Shown here piece after piece: positions 25,770-39,893 of a stretch of 64,000 bases of DNA. The notes beneath the pieces were generated by a model. It made no database searches and was not told where the DNA came from. It saw only the letters and a program-made list of their open reading frames with translations. A program made the translations under genes and the position numbers. The number at the start of each line of letters is the position of its first letter. Positions within the stretch are counted from its first letter, which is position 1. Origin of the DNA: Chiloscyllium plagiosum (lineage: Eukaryota); contig NC_057718.1 of NCBI RefSeq assembly GCF_004010195.1, forward strand, positions 101,342,629-101,406,628, given 5' to 3'.

Positions 25770-26375
25770 GAGTATAAGAGTTGGGAGTGCATGTTGAGGC
25801 TGTACAGGGCATTGGTCAGGCTACTTTTGGAATACTGTGTTCAGTTCTGATCTCTCTGTTATCGGAAGGATGGTGTGAAACTTGAAAGGATTCAGAAAAG
25901 ATTTACAAGGATGTTGCCAGGATTGGAGGGTTTGAGCTATGAGAAGTGGCTGACTAAGCTGGGGCTGTTTTCCCTGGAGCATCAGAGGCTGAGGGGTGAC
26001 ATTATAGAGGTTTATGAAATCATGAGGGGCATTGATAGGATGAATAGCCAACATCTTTTCCCCAGGGTGGAGGAATTCAAAAATAGAGGGCATAGGTTTA
26101 AGGTGAGAGAGGAAAGATATAAAAGGGACCTAAGGGGCAACGTTTTCACGCAGAGGGTGGTGTGTGAATAGAATGAGCTGCCAGAGGAAGTGGTGGAGGC
26201 TGGTATAATTACAACATTTAAAAGGCATCAGGCTGGGTATTTGAATTGGAAGGGTTTGGAGGGATATGGGCCAAGTGCTGGCAAATGGGACTAGATTAAT
26301 TTAGGATATCTGGTCAGCATGGATGAGTTGGTCTGAAGAGTCTTTTCCAATGCTTAGTAACTTTATGATTCTATG
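25770..26375 (+). mobile_element. CR1 3' end
   Basis: KLERIQKRFTRMLPGLEGLSYE..LGLFSLE..RGHRFKV; 3' UTR. Confidence 0.9.
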
Positions 26376-27323
26376 TGGGTGACTTTCCCCACTGCCTGTC
26401 AATAATGTAGACTAAGAAGGATTGATGCTTCATCATAACACTATATAAGATGGGAATAGCTGTGGGCACCTCTCCCTCAGATCGGTAAGTGGGGTCATTC
26501 TGTTCTTTGTGATTATGCCAACTCTTTAAACTTGCTGTCCCAATTCATCCCAGTCTCTGCTGTTTCCCCAATGCCCTGAAATGTTTCTCTTGAAGTCATT
26601 ATCAAATCCCCTGTATTTCCACATCTGCCACCACCCTTCCAAGCAGCTTCAGAGAAATTATTTCTCTTCATCTCACCTTCCAATTCCTTTTGGTTTAGCT
26701 TTGGCCTTTGAAAACATACAGTGTTTACAGCTGTTTCAGGGCAAGTGATTGGTAACTTATTGTTGGATGGGCTGTTGAAATGACCTTGCTCTAATCAATG
26801 TCACAGACATTGTTTAAGAGGAGTGTCTAGATAACCAGACGCCTTAGCCAATATTTGGCTTGCAGTGTTGGCCCTTTGCACAACCATCTGATGCAATTGA
26901 AATACATTGATAACTAACAGCAGATGAGCTGGGATTTATTGAAGAACCCAAAGCATTGTTCAAAACACTCACATCACTTCAGTGTGGACCAAGGTTTAAC
27001 ATGAACGTTCTCGAGGTCAGTCGATATGTGCAGATATGGGACTTGAACTGTTGCTGAGCAGAACAACTTCATGACAGTTCTTTGATATGTCATCACCACA
27101 AAGGTAGCCTGATGCAGAAATGTGTATTACAGGAGGTGCTATCGTTTTATGGGCAGTTAGAGAGATCACTGAGAGCTATATTCCTGGAAATGCCATCAGT
27201 GTGACCTTCTGAAACCCCCCTCCCCCTCACAGGCACATAGCAAAAGGCAATTCAATGGGATTAGTAGGTTATTCAGTCAGATCAAGGTTGATCTGTGGCC
27301 TGACTCAACATCCCTGCCATATT

Positions 27324-27648
27324 GGGGCAGCACGGTGGTTCAGTGGTTAGCACTGCTGCCTCACAGCACCAGGGACCCGGGTTAGGTTCCAGCCTCAGGC
27401 AACTATCTGTGTGGAGTTTGCATATTCTCTCCGTGTCTGCATGGGTTTCCTCTGCTTTCCTTCCACAATCCAAAAGATTAAGTGAATTGGCCATGGTTTT
27501 CAGTGATTGTGTAGGTTAGGTGCATTAGTCAGGGGTAAATGTTGAGTAATAGGGTAGGTGAGTGTGTCTGGGTGGGTTACTCTTCAGAGGTTCATTGTGG
27601 ACTTGTTGGGCTGAGGGGTCTGTTTCCACACTGTCGGGATTCTATGAT
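27324..27648 (+). mobile_element. HE1-like tRNA SINE
   Basis: A/B boxes and CR1-type tail. Confidence 0.85.
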
Positions 27649-28859
27649 CCCTTAATACCTTTGATTAAGAAAAATGTATCTATCTCAGATTTAAAATTAA
27701 CAACTTATCCAGCATCCACTGCCGTTTCTGGAAGAGAGTTCCAAACCTCTCCCACCCTTTTGCGTGTAGAACGTCCATTCTTAAGGACTCCCATCCCCAC
27801 TTCCTAAACCAAGCTGATTGTGAACAAATTCTTCATTATCTGTTTGGGTGACGCTGCACTGTCAGTCAAACAGCTTTTCCTTCTTATGTCTGATGTTTGT
27901 GATTGACAAATGTGTTCAAAGAGAATTTTGACAGAGGCACACTTCTGACCTTGCCCCTTCCTTCGATGTTTCTCCTGAAGCTGCTGTAGCAACATCCTTG
28001 AGATGAGCCTTCGATTCCTGGAGACTCCTAGGCAGTCAGATGTGAATGCTGATTATACAGTCACAGAGATCTACAGCCCAGAAAAAGGCCCATTGTGTTG
28101 GGTCCAGTTAAAAACAACCACTGAACCATTCTTATCCTACTTTCTGTGGGGTTCAATGGTCTAACTTCTATTGCACTGGAAATGTAATTTTACAAACATG
28201 GTATTGTATTCCTTAGAATTCAATTATTGTTGTAAATCTAAAAGAAAACATTTTAAACAGTTTTTATTTGTCTCACTCTTAATCCCAGCTTTCAATCCCT
28301 CTGGTCATTTTGCTTTCTGCACATTAATTACGTGGACTTAAATATTCCACTTTGAATTTATCCTGACTGGTTTTAAGTCTGAGAGTCTCTGGCGTGAGTT
28401 TTGAAATCCTAGTTGTTGCCTGGTTCTCAATGGCCTTGATGCCCTACAGTACAGGTCTCCCACAGAGGGCACTACATTGGCTGAGATACCAGACAATGAC
28501 AAGTTCCTACTCAAAAGGCTGGGGTAATTCGGCCAGCAGCAGTAAGTACTTGTCCTCCGCTGCTAAACTCCAAGAGACAATCTGAAGTCAGGTCAGACGT
28601 AGCTGTTCCTCAGACGTAGCTGTTGCCCATCCTAAATGACCAGAAAGCAGTAAGTAGTTAAATACATTGTTGGCAATCACGTGAATGCTAGAAACTTTCC
28701 TTCCCCGAACATGAGCGAACCAACTGGGCTTTTTCAATACTTGACAATCAGTTTCATGGTCATCGTTAGACTCTTAATTCCAGATTTGAACTGAATTCAA
28801 ATGCTACTACGGCAGGATTTGAACCCAGGTCCCCAAAGTATTACCTAGGTATCTGGATT

Positions 28860-29065
28860 AGAAACTGCTGGAAAAGCCCGCAGGTCTGGCAGCATTTGTG
28901 AAAAGAAAGCAGAGTTAAACTTTCGGGTCGCGTGACCCTTCCTCAGAATCCACTCGATCCGAAGCGTTAACTCTGATTTCTCTCCATGGATGCTGCCAGA
29001 CCTGCTGAGCTTTTCCAGCAGTCTCTGTTTTTGTTTCTGATTTCCAGCATCTGCAGTCCTTTCAG
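28860..29065. mobile_element. PLE family C inverted pair inside a SINE-like repeat
   Basis: Minus-strand core CUGAGGA a ggguc acgc gaccc GAAAG UUU aacu. Confidence 0.7.
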
Positions 29066-30384
29066 CTTTCTCTGGATGAGTATCTGGTGATAATCCCACT
29101 CTCCCGAGCTGCTGCTATGTCTTGTTCAGTAAATCCAGCATGTTAGTGCAGGGACCCAAAAGCAGAAAAGCACAAGGTCAGTAGGGTTCTGACAAATTTA
29201 AAGCCCCCCCTCCACCTTCCTTCCCTGCTCATTTTCCACTTCCAGCAGCGTCACTTAGTACAGTGGATTGAGCAGTCGGGAGAACTAGGCTTTCTCAGCA
29301 GGAGAGCTTTCCCGTCTCCCACATTGCATTAGCTTGATTAATTTGATCAGATTGATGATAACCGTGTTATTATTTGAGATCCAGAGTGTCTGATCATGCC
29401 AGTCGTGTTAACAGCAACATCATAAACAAGTGCTCGAACATTACTGTAGCAGTGACTAAATCAGAGTGAACTTAACAAAGCTTGCTCTGACACTTTAGAC
29501 TCTCATTAAAGCAGCTCACTTTTTATTTTACCCAGAGGAGCCGTGTTCTTCCTTTACAGCAGATTTGGTAAGGAATACCAAGGACCTGACTGTGCAGTGT
29601 AACACACTGCCTGCCACATTCCACCTCAGAGACCTCGGTTTGATGTCAACCATACATTAAGGTAAAATGCACACAGGCAATCCTGCCCAGTGTATCTAAC
29701 AGGCAAGGATCCACTGCCATTAGCATTTTTACCTTGAGGCTGGTCAGGACTGTAAATGCACATAATGCGCACAGTGGGGCAAGAGGTGACACTTGACTGA
29801 GAATCGAATTGAGCATATTATTTGTGGAGTATCTGCCCTGTGCTCTCCCTGACTTACGAGTCTATGGGATTGCTGCTAGATGCAGCTACAACACAAACTT
29901 CTGCCTGTTCAGGTCGCAAAAGGCACCTGGAGGTGGAGGGGAGGGAGGTTATTATCATCCAGAATTAACCTGCCACGACAGAAGGGAGGAAATAGTCTTG
30001 TGGTTTTCCCATGGCAATCTAAATACTCAGGTAATGTTCTGGGGAGCTGGGTTCAACCCTGGGTGGAATTTGAACTCAATAAAAAAAATCTCAAATTAAG
30101 AGTCTAATGATGACATTGTTAAATTATCAGGGGAAGGTTCGATCTGGTTACATCCCTGGTGTACGTTTGACTCCAGACCCTGGGTAATTAGAGATGGACA
30201 GTAAAGGAGATGCCTCCACATGAATCAATTTATGACAATTATACATGGCCAAGACTAGACTCAGTGAGGAGGGTTTAAGGAAAGGTGGAGAGATTTAGGG
30301 AGGGATTTCTAAATCTTAGGGGTGTGGATGGTTGAAAGTGAAGCAATTACCCCTTATGCAAGAGACCAGAAATGGAGGAGGAAG

Positions 30385-30950
30385 ACAGCTGGGAGCAGAA
30401 TGGGAGTTACACCATCCGGGAGCTGGGAGCAGGATGGGAGTTCCACCATCTGGGAGCTGGGAGCTAGGAGCAGGATGGGAGTTACACCAGCAGAGAGCCG
30501 GGAGCAGGATGGGTGTTACACCAGCAGAGAGCCAGGAGCAGGATGGGAGTTACACCAGCAGGGAACTGGTGATAGATTGGAGTTACACCAGCAGGGAGCT
30601 GGGAGCAGGATTGGAGTTCCACCAGTAGGGAACTGGTGATAGATTGGAGTTACACCAGCAGGGAGCTGGGAGCAGGATTGGAGTTCCACCAGTAGAGAAC
30701 TGGTGATAAATTGGAGTTACACCAGCAGGGAGCTTGGAGCAGGATTGGAGTTACACCAGCAGAGAACTGGGGGTGGAGTGGAGTTCCACCAGTAGGGAGC
30801 TGGGAGCTTGCTTGGAGTTCCACCAGCAGGGAGCTGGGAGCAGGATTGGAGTTACACCAGCAGGCAGCTGGGGATAGATTGGAGTTACACCAGCAGAGAA
30901 CGGGGGTGGATTGGAGTTACACCAGCAGAGAGCTGGGGCAGGAGTTGGGG
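30385..30950. repeat. G-rich minisatellite, ~33-34 bp unit, ~17 copies
   Basis: Unit ggagttacaccagcagggagctgggagcaggatt, with alternating variants (gtgatagatt). Confidence 0.9.
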
Positions 30951-31974
30951 GCTGATTGACCCTTTGGTCTCCTTTGACTGAACTTATGCAGCTAAATAAT
31001 TGAGGGAGTGGAGTATGGGCGTGGGAGTGTGTGAGTATTTCCTTTGATGGAGTTGCAAACCTGTACAAAATCCCATAAAAGGCTGAGTATTGTTTGCATC
31101 GATTATTGTAACTGACTGGTATTATACTGTAAAATACAGTCGCAGTGTAAAATTCCCACTCCCCAATTCAGCCCTGCTCTATGGCTTTTTGAGTCAAATT
31201 GACCATTAACTGCCAATTAGCTGGAAGTTAAAGTCGTTTTTATTTTGGCTGTGGGACTGAATTCACTTGGATCGTGCCCTAATTCAATCCAGAAATGCAT
31301 CCAACAATTCCCTGGCAAATTTCATAGGTGACTGAACCCTACCTAACCCAGTTTCTTTTACATTTCATTTTAAGATGTTTCTGTTATGAGTCTTTCTTGA
31401 AGTGGTTTTCCTTATTTTATTGACCATATGGAAGTGCTTCAGTTGAACAAAGTTCTAATTATTGAAAGCCCACTTTGATAACTTTTAAAGTTGTATTTTA
31501 CAGTTCTTTAAAAATTTATGACTGAACTGCACCCCTTCCAAATCATTTCAAAGTATCATTATATTTTCCCAGGGAAATGTCTGGTGTCTAAACATACAAA
31601 AGCTGGGGATAAAATGTCTCAGGATTCTAGGCATGTGAAGTGTTGCTGATTATTGAGAGTTAGAGAACCAGGAAAGGTGGGTGAGTGGGCAGGCATGGTG
31701 GTGGGGGGCTCGTGCGCGGGAGCTGGAGGGGGTGGTGGGATGGTGACCTGAGCATTCCTGAGACCGCAGTAAAGACGGCAGTGAATTGATAAGGAAATAG
31801 ATTTACTCTCTAAATGATACACCATTAGAAAATGTCAGTACTGGTACCAAATTCAGCTTAGTGGGAAGTCAACTGCCTGTATTTGCCGTGCAGATAAGAA
31901 CTAATACCTGAAGCCTAACTTAGTGAAGGCACTTTCAAGTCAATCATTAAAAAGTAGTTTGTCATTAACCCTTT

Positions 31975-32325
31975 GGGGTGGCACAGTGGCTCAGTGGTTA
32001 GCACTGCAGCCTCACAGAGCCAGGGACCTGGGTTCGATTCCAGCCTCGGGTGACTGTCTATGTGGAGTTTGCACATTCTCCCCATGTCTGTGTGGGTTTC
32101 CTCTGGGTGTTCGGTTTCCTCCCACAGTCCAAAGATGTGCAGGTTTAGGTGGATTGGCCATGCTAAATTGCCCATGGTGTTCAGGGATGTGCAGGCTAGA
32201 TGGGTTAGCCATGGGGAATGCAGCGATAAGGTAGGTGGATGAGTCTGGTTGGGATGCTCTTTGGAGTGTGAATATACACTCAATGGGCAGAAGTTTCTGC
32301 TTCCACACTGTAGGGATTCTTGTAT
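31975..32325 (+). mobile_element. HE1-like tRNA SINE
   Basis: tggctcagtgg A box, ggttcgattcc B box. Confidence 0.85.
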
Positions 32326-33189
32326 GGATATGTTTTGTTCTAATTCTGACTTCTTGAACGTTCTCAATCCCACCACTCCACTGTTCGTCACCATGGCCTG
32401 CAGCTGCCAGGGCCCAAAAGCTGCAGAATTCCTTCTCCACCCCTCAAGTCCTCCTTTAAAAAGCTCCTTAAAAATCTACCTCTTTGACCAGGCCTTTGGT
32501 CATCCAATCTATTCTCTGCGTATGTCACATGCCCAGACAAGGGAGCACCGTTTGAAAAATAAGGCATAAGTAAGAAGGAATGTGTTGTCTGGGAGGGTTG
32601 TGTGCCTCAGGGCGGTGGGTGGGCCGGTCAAGTGAATATTCTTAAGGTACAAGTAGTTTCTTGTTAGGCAGGAGAATCGTGGGTTATCGAGGTGGGGAGG
32701 ATGTGCAAATTGAAACATGAACAAATCAGCTGTGATCTTATTGAATTCCGAAGGGGAGAACCAATAAAACGAAGTAATACTGCTAAGTAATCATACTGGT
32801 CATAGTGGAGCACAGTCCTGAGCTATACAACTCCGGTCAGGATGTGTCAGTTGCATGTCTTGTTAGTCTTTCATTCTAATATGGCGGCGAGAGATGAAGA
32901 GCCTGGAGGGCCTAGTTGAGTTCCAATATGATATGTTTGTAAGATATAGAAAATTGGAGCAGGTGTAGGCCATTCAGCCCTTTGAGCCTGCTCTGCCATT
33001 CAGTAGGATCATGGCTGATTATCCAGCTCAGTCACCTGCTTTCTTTGTTTAACTCACAAAAACTTGCCTCACTGATTCTTTTACAAACACAGTATGTCAA
33101 AGGTTAAGTACTCAAAGCATTTAAGTCTGGCCTTCATGAACAAAACGTGGATCAGGTGGTAATCAAGGTGCTCGCTTTCCTCAGCTGGG

Positions 33190-33995
33190 AGCGTTGAGGA
33201 TAAACGTCGGCAGGTCAAATTGCTGCTGGATAAAACTGCAGTGAGGCCACATTTGGAGTATTGTGTGCAGTTCTGCTCCCCATTCTATCGGAATAATGTG
33301 GAGGTTTTGGAGAGGGTGCAAAAGAGGTTTACCAGGACGTTGCCTAGATTGGACTGTATTAGCTAATAAGGAGAGGTTGAATTGTTTCACTCAAGCATCA
33401 GAAGCTAAGGGAACGACCTGATAGAGGTGTGTAAAATAATGAGAGGAATGGATAGTCAGAGTTTTGTCCCCAGGGTGGAAAATCAGATACCAGGGAGCAG
33501 AGGTTTAAAGTGAGAGGGGGAAAGTTGAAAGGAGATGTGTGAGAAAGTTATTTACTGTGGGGGTTGTAGGTGCCTGGACTGCTGTACCAAGGGATGTGGT
33601 AGAAGCAACATGGCAGCAACATTTAAGTAGCCTTTAGACATACACATGAACAGGCAGGGAATCGAGTCATGTGTAGGCAGGTGAGATTAGATTAGATTAG
33701 ATTCCCTACATTGTGGAAACAGGCCCTTCGGCCCAACTAGTCCACACCGACCCTCCGAAGAGTAACCCACCCAGACCCATTTCCCTCTGACTAATGCACC
33801 TAACACTACGGGCAATTTAGCATGGCCAAGTCACGTGACCTGCACATCTTTGGATTATGGGAGGAAGCTGGAGCACCCGGAGGAAACCCATGCAGACACG
33901 GGGAGAATGTGCTAACTCCACATAGTTATCGCCCGAGGCTGTAATCGAACCTGGGACCCTGGTGCAGGATGGGCCGAGGGGCCTGTTCCTGTGCT
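33190..33995 (+). mobile_element. CR1 3' fragment with an antisense HE1-like SINE (33685-33965) inserted in its 3' UTR
   Basis: CR1 RT C-terminal motifs; the SINE has an (agatt)n tail. Confidence 0.8.
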
Positions 33996-34121
33996 GTATT
34001 GTTCAATGATCTAAAAAGAATCCTGTTACTGTCAAACAAGGAGAGTATTTGACCCCTCTCCTCACGTGACCATAATATCTCCCCCACTCCGATTCTTTCC
34101 TTAAATTCCTCACACTCTCTC

Positions 34122-34383
34122 ATCGAATCCCTACAGTGGGGGAGCAGATCATCAAGTCCACACAGACCCTCTGAAAGCATCCCGCCCAGACACAACCCCC
34201 GAACCCAATCCTATAACCCTGCATTTCCCAAGGCGAATCCACAACTTCTGAAGGAAACCGGAGCAAACTCATGCAGATGTGGTGAGAATGTGCAAACTTC
34301 ACACAGGCAGTCGCCTGAAGGTGGGATCGAACCGGAGTCCCAGGGGCTGTGAAGCAGCAGTGCTAACCACTGAGCCATTGTGC
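34122..34383 (-). mobile_element. HE1-like tRNA SINE (degraded)
   Basis: agcagtgctaaccactgagcca head on the minus strand. Confidence 0.75.
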
Positions 34384-34656
34384 CTCATTGCCTGACCAGC
34401 AAGCCTCTCCTCCTCTCAAAACCCTTTTGGCAACCTACTTCTGACCAAAGCTATACCTTCCTCCATTTGACTGCCTTTAGCTCAGTATTGTCTGAGTGCG
34501 GGGCTGTGAAGCAGCAGTGCTAACCACTGAGCCATTGTGCCTCATTGCCTGACCAGCAAGCCTCTCCTCCTCTCAAAACCCTTTTGGCAACCTACTTCTG
34601 ACCAAAGCTATACCTTCCTCCATTTGACTGCCTTTAGCTCAGTATTGTCTGAGTGC
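34343..34656. repeat. Perfect 157-bp tandem duplication
   Basis: 34343-34499 equals 34500-34656. Confidence 0.9.
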
Positions 34657-35069
34657 AAAATTGTAACGGCATTTTTTCTCTGCACAATATTGTTCAGATT
34701 TAAAAGGCAGCCTCTCAGACTTCTTGTGATACTAAGTAAGCAGATTAAAGAAAGGAAAAGAAGTAACTAAAGTTATTTTGAATAGTAATCTTCATGTAAT
34801 GATAACCTTGTATTGTTAAAAAAATCCCCTTAATGATAGCCTCTGCTGTCTTCCTATTTTCTAAGAGCCACTACAGATTACAAAGTGACATGATTTGTTA
34901 TCGCAGAGTCTGCATTTATGTCTATATTTAGGTGGTGTTTCTGCATGGTCCCAGAAATAATATCGGGACTTCTGAAATCATTTTAATGTTCACATTCTGG
35001 CTTCTCTCGGGTGAATGTCGTCAACTTCGTTCCTTACCCAGTTCTTTCTCTTGCCTTCAAAAAAAATGT

Positions 35070-35270
35070 GAACCGCTGCAAATCTGAAACAAAATCAGAA
35101 AGTCCTGGAGAAACTCAGCAGGTCTGGCAGCATCTGTGGAGAGAGAAACAGAGCTAAAGTTTCAGGTCCAGTAACCCTTCTCCAGAACCTTGATTCATTC
35201 CGAGTAAGGGACACTGAATGCAAAGTATGAACTTGTGCTTCTCACTCCACAGATGCTGCCAGACCTGCGT
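35070..35270. mobile_element. PLE family C inverted pair (degraded)
   Basis: aggtctggcagcatctgtggag / ctccacagatgctgccagacct arms. Confidence 0.65.
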
Positions 35271-37764
35271 TCCTCCTCTCTCTCACCTTTCTGTTTCAAT
35301 GCTATGTTGCCATGGATCGTATTCCTGGAAGAAGCATTTGCGACTCCGTAAAGTGGTGAACTTGTGTGATTCAAACTTTTCTTTTTGTCAAAGATATTTT
35401 TAAATAATGTGCCTTTTTAATTAGAAACTTAGCAAATTCATTTTGCTTTTTGGAAAGACTAACTTCCTGGATTCCGGAAGAAGTTTAAAGTTGGAATGGT
35501 GTCAGTGGTGACATGAAGGATGATGAAACATTGTTCTCTAAACGTGGTCTGTAAGCCTGTAACGCTAGGCCATGATGCTGGTTTGGGCTGTAATCTTTAC
35601 TGACTCACCTTTCAACATTTCCACTTGAAGTCTGCATGAGGAAACTCCTTTGCCCCGCTCCCCCACACCTCCGTGCAATGGAGGTGATGCCGTGTGGATC
35701 TTTTTACTGAGCTTTCAGCATCAGGGGGTGGAAGAAATCTCCAGTTAGTCCACTGCCCGACCACCATCTCTCTCCAAACTCCCTGGAGCCGAGATCAAAG
35801 GGACAAAGATGGGAATGCCAAGTCACAGTGCTGTTTGAATCAATGGATGAGCCAGGTCTGCCCTGGACATATTGGCATGTTCTGCTCTCTTGTGTCAAGT
35901 GTGCAGAAGCCTTGAACAGGCCTCAGGGGGAGTTGCCTCAATCAGTTACCAATCAGAAGACTCACAAGGCCATGAATCTCTTCCCAGCTGGCTACGTGGC
36001 CGCTGTTGGATACCAGACTCTAGTGGACAACACACATCAATGCAATCACCATCAAGCACCAACACTTGTAATTCTGTAGATCTTTTAACGTGGTATGTTG
36101 TCCCAAGGCACTTTGCAGGAGTATCATCTCTCAAACCGAGCTAAAACTGTTGGGGTAGATCATCAAATGAGCTGCAGAAAAGGCAGTTTTAAGGAGCATC
36201 TCTGAGAACAAAAATATGTTTGCGGAGAGTGTCCCAGGGCTTCTGGGCCAGAGAGTTGACAGCACCACTGCAGGCGGCAGAGTGACTATAATGGGAAATA
36301 CTCAAGCAACCAGAATAGTGGGTGCATGGAGAAATCAGAGGGCTGTGGCTGACAGAGATTGGGAGGGGAACGGGGATGGAGGGGGTGAAGACAATGGTGA
36401 GAATTCTCAAACCAGGAGTCATGGAACTGGGAGCCAGAGGGGGATAGGGTGAACTGCAGCTGATTCAAGTTACAACACAGGCACTGGAGTTCTGAATGAA
36501 CTGAAGATTGCGGTAGGCAGATGTAAAACTAGCCAAAATAAGAATCAAGTTGAGTGTAACGAGTGCGAAATCCTCTAGATAGGCTGGAACAGTGCGTAAA
36601 ATACAGTGTCCACGTCTGAAGCACATGTTAAAATAGAAAATTGGATAAAAGGTCTGACTAATAAATTGGTCCATTGGCATTCTTGAAGTTTCCTGATTTG
36701 CTAATTTTTTATTCACTCATGGTGCACGGGCATTACTGGCTAGGCCCAACATTTATTGCCTGTTCCTAGTTGCCCCTTGAGAAAGTGGGGGGTGAGCTGC
36801 CTTATTGAACCGCTGCAGTCCAATTGCTTAAGAACATTTCTGGGTAAGTTCTTGAGGAATCAATGGATTTCGAAAAAGAAAGTGTAATTTAAAAAGTTTC
36901 CACAAGGTCTGGACCTTTAGTGGAATCTAACCTGTAACAGCTCCAGTGGGGACAGAAGGCTGTGCTGTTTTCACTCAAACAATTTACACATTCAAGATGC
37001 ATTGTTTGTCGCCTCAGTAGTGAGCGTACAAGTGAATCAAATCAAAACACTGTCTTTAATCGCAGCCAAACACTTTTACAATCCCTATAATTGCTTTTCT
37101 CCTTCCTGTGTATATCACACTGCGCTTAATAGATTGCCATTTGCTTTTATTGTTGCCTGGGAGAGAGTATTCTGGGGAGGCACAGGGAGCTAAAACACCG
37201 TGCGAATTCCAGCTGATGATCTTGAATCCCATTATCACTGAGCCATGAAACTGAATTATCAGTGACGTACAACTTGCATTATTCTGAACAATTTGCACAC
37301 TGTACATTTTAAAACATTGACAGTTAATTATGTTGTCCGAGAGTAGATCAACTTTTGCAGCAGCAACAAACAATTAAAACCAATTTGTCTCCTAAGGGGA
37401 ATGCAGAAGGGTACCTTGACACTGACAGAACAGCAATGGTTGGCAGTGATTTCACTCGGAAAATGTCAGGAGGTTTGCAGTGACGTGAGGAAAAGTGTAT
37501 TCACACAGCGAGTGGCTAAGGTCTGCAATGCGCCGCCTGACAGTGTGGTAGAGGCTCAATAGAGGTGTTCAAGAGGAAATTGGATTGCTATCTGAAAGGG
37601 CTAGAGGCAGAAGATAGGGAGGGGTTGGGTGACTCGCTCCTTCAGAGAGCCAGCAGACACATTGGGCTGAATGGCCACCTGTGCTGTTAGCATTTGGCGA
37701 TTGTTATTGATGGAAAGTGTAGTTTTTCTTTCTAGGTTTGTACCTTTTATTGTATTGTCATTGG

Positions 37765-39650
37765 AAAGAGTAAGTCCACTGAAGGACAAGGGAGGGAAAT
37801 TATGTGTGGTGCCAGAGGAAATGGGTCTGATCCTTAATAAGTTCTTTACATCAGTATTCACCAAGGAGAGGGACATGGGAGACGTTGAGGTTAGAGAAAC
37901 AGTGTGAATACTCTTAGGCAGGTCAGCGAAGGAGGAAGTGTTGGGTGTCTTGAAATACACTAAAGTAGACCAGTCCACAGGACCAGACAGGATTGTGGAG
38001 GCAAAAGAAGAAATAGCTGGGGCCTTAATTGATATATTTGCATCCTCTTTGGCCTCAGGGGAAGTTCCAGAGGGCTGGAGAATGGCCATCAGTGTTCCAA
38101 TGTTTAAGAAGGGAAACAGAAATAATCCAGGTAATTATAGACCGGTGAGCTTGACTTCAGTGGTGGGGAAGCTGTTGGAGACGATACTGAGAGACAGGAT
38201 TTATTCACATTTGGAAGCAAATGGCCTTGCTAGTGATGGGCAGCATGCTTTTGAGGGGGAAGGTCATGTCTCACCGACAAAGAACTACAGATGCTGTAAA
38301 TCAGAAACAAAAACAGAAATCGCTGGAAAAGCTCAGCACGTCTGGCAGCATCAGAGAGAATGGAGAGAAATCAGAGTTAATGTTTCGGGTTGAGTGACCC
38401 TTCCTCAGAACTTCCTCATGTTTCAACAACTTGATTGAGTTTTTTAAGGAGGTGACAAGAATGATTGATGAGGGTAGGGCAGTGGATATTGTCTACAGGG
38501 ACTTTAGTAAGGCATCTGATAAGATACCTCATGGAAGACTAGTACAGAAGGTGGGATCTCATGGGACCTGGGGGTGAGCTGGCTAAATAGATATAGAACT
38601 GGCTTGGTCGTAAAAGACAGAGAGTAGTGATGAAAGGGTGATCTTCAGAATGGAGATCAGTAACTAGTGTTGTTCTGTAAGGAATCAGTCCTGGGATCTT
38701 TGTTGTTTGTAATATATATAAATTATCTGGAGTGAAATGTGGGTGGTCTGATCAGTAAGTTTGTGGATGACTTCGAAATTGGCAGAGTTGCAGGAGGATT
38801 ATCAAACAATATAGCGAGACATACATAGATTGCAGAGAAATGACAGATGGAATTTAATCCAGACAAATGTGAAGTGATGCATCTTGGAAGATCAAATTCA
38901 GGTACGAATTATGCAATAAATGGCAGAACTTTTATGACATACAGAGGGATCTGAGCATGCAGGACCAAATATCCCTGAAAGTGGTAACACAGATGAATAA
39001 GGTGGTCAAGAAGGTATGCAGCATGCTGGCCTTCATTGGCTGGGGCATTGAATATTAAAGTTGGCAAGTTATATTACAGCTGTACAAAACGTTAGTTAGA
39101 CCACGTTCAGAATATTGCATGCAGTACTGGCTGCCACACTACCAGAAGGACATGGGTGCTTTGGAGAGGATGCAAAGGTGGTTTACCAGGATGTTGCCTG
39201 GACTGGAGGGTTTTAGTTATGAGGAGAGGTTGGATAAACTCGGATTGTTTTCATTGGAAAGATAGAGGCTGAGGAACAACGAGATAGAGGTCTAGAAAAT
39301 TATGAGAGGCATAGGTAGGGTGGTTAGTCAGAGGCTTTTTCCCAGGATGGAAAAGTCAATTGCAAGCGGGCACCGGTTCAAAGTGAGAGGAAGAAGGGTT
39401 AGGGGAGAAGTGGGGAGAAACTTTTTCCCACAGCGAGAGGTGGGTGCCTGGAACACACTGGCACTGGAGGTGGTGGAAGCAGGCGGCTTAGTTACATTTA
39501 AGGCATATCCTGATAGACACATGAATGTGCGATGAACAGAGGGATAGATACCACGCTTGGGCGGTAAATGGCAGGTCTAAATAAGGGCTAGGGATTAGTG
39601 CAGGTTTGGTGGGCTGAAGGGCCTTTTCCTGTGCTGTATTGTATTGTATA
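37765..39650 (+). mobile_element. CR1 LINE ORF2 RT to 3' end (degenerate), with a PLE inserted at 38279-38415
   Basis: PLKDKGG..FFTSVFTKE, FKKGNRNNPGNYRPVSLTSVVGKLLE, ..SGHRFKVRG; (tattg)n tail. Confidence 0.9.
38279..38415 (-). mobile_element. PLE family C terminus; hammerhead core 38375-38412
   Basis: aguu CUGAGGA a ggguca cuc aaccc GAAAC AUU aacu; approximate 15-bp TSD (12/15) at 38264-38278 and 38416-38430. Confidence 0.7.
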
Positions 39651-39705
39651 AAGCAGTCTGCTGCAGTGCCAACTACAAACTTCACATCCTCACCTCTGAT
39701 CTCCA

Positions 39706-39893
39706 TTTGGCCGATTCACCCTGACCTGCACATCTTTGTGACTATGGGAGGAAACCGGAGCACCCGGAGGAAACCCACGCAGACACGAGGAGAATGTGCA
39801 ACCTCCACACAGACAGTCGCCCGAGGCTGGAATCGAACCGGGGACCCTGGTGCTGTGAGGCAGCAGTGCTAACCACTGAGCCACCATGACGCC
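39706..39893 (-). mobile_element. HE1-like tRNA SINE (5' part)
   Basis: A/B boxes on the minus strand. Confidence 0.85.

Noticed and set aside
30322..31068. Repetitive ORFs (WELHQQ...)
   Set aside because: Translation of the minisatellite; the unit length is not consistently a multiple of three.
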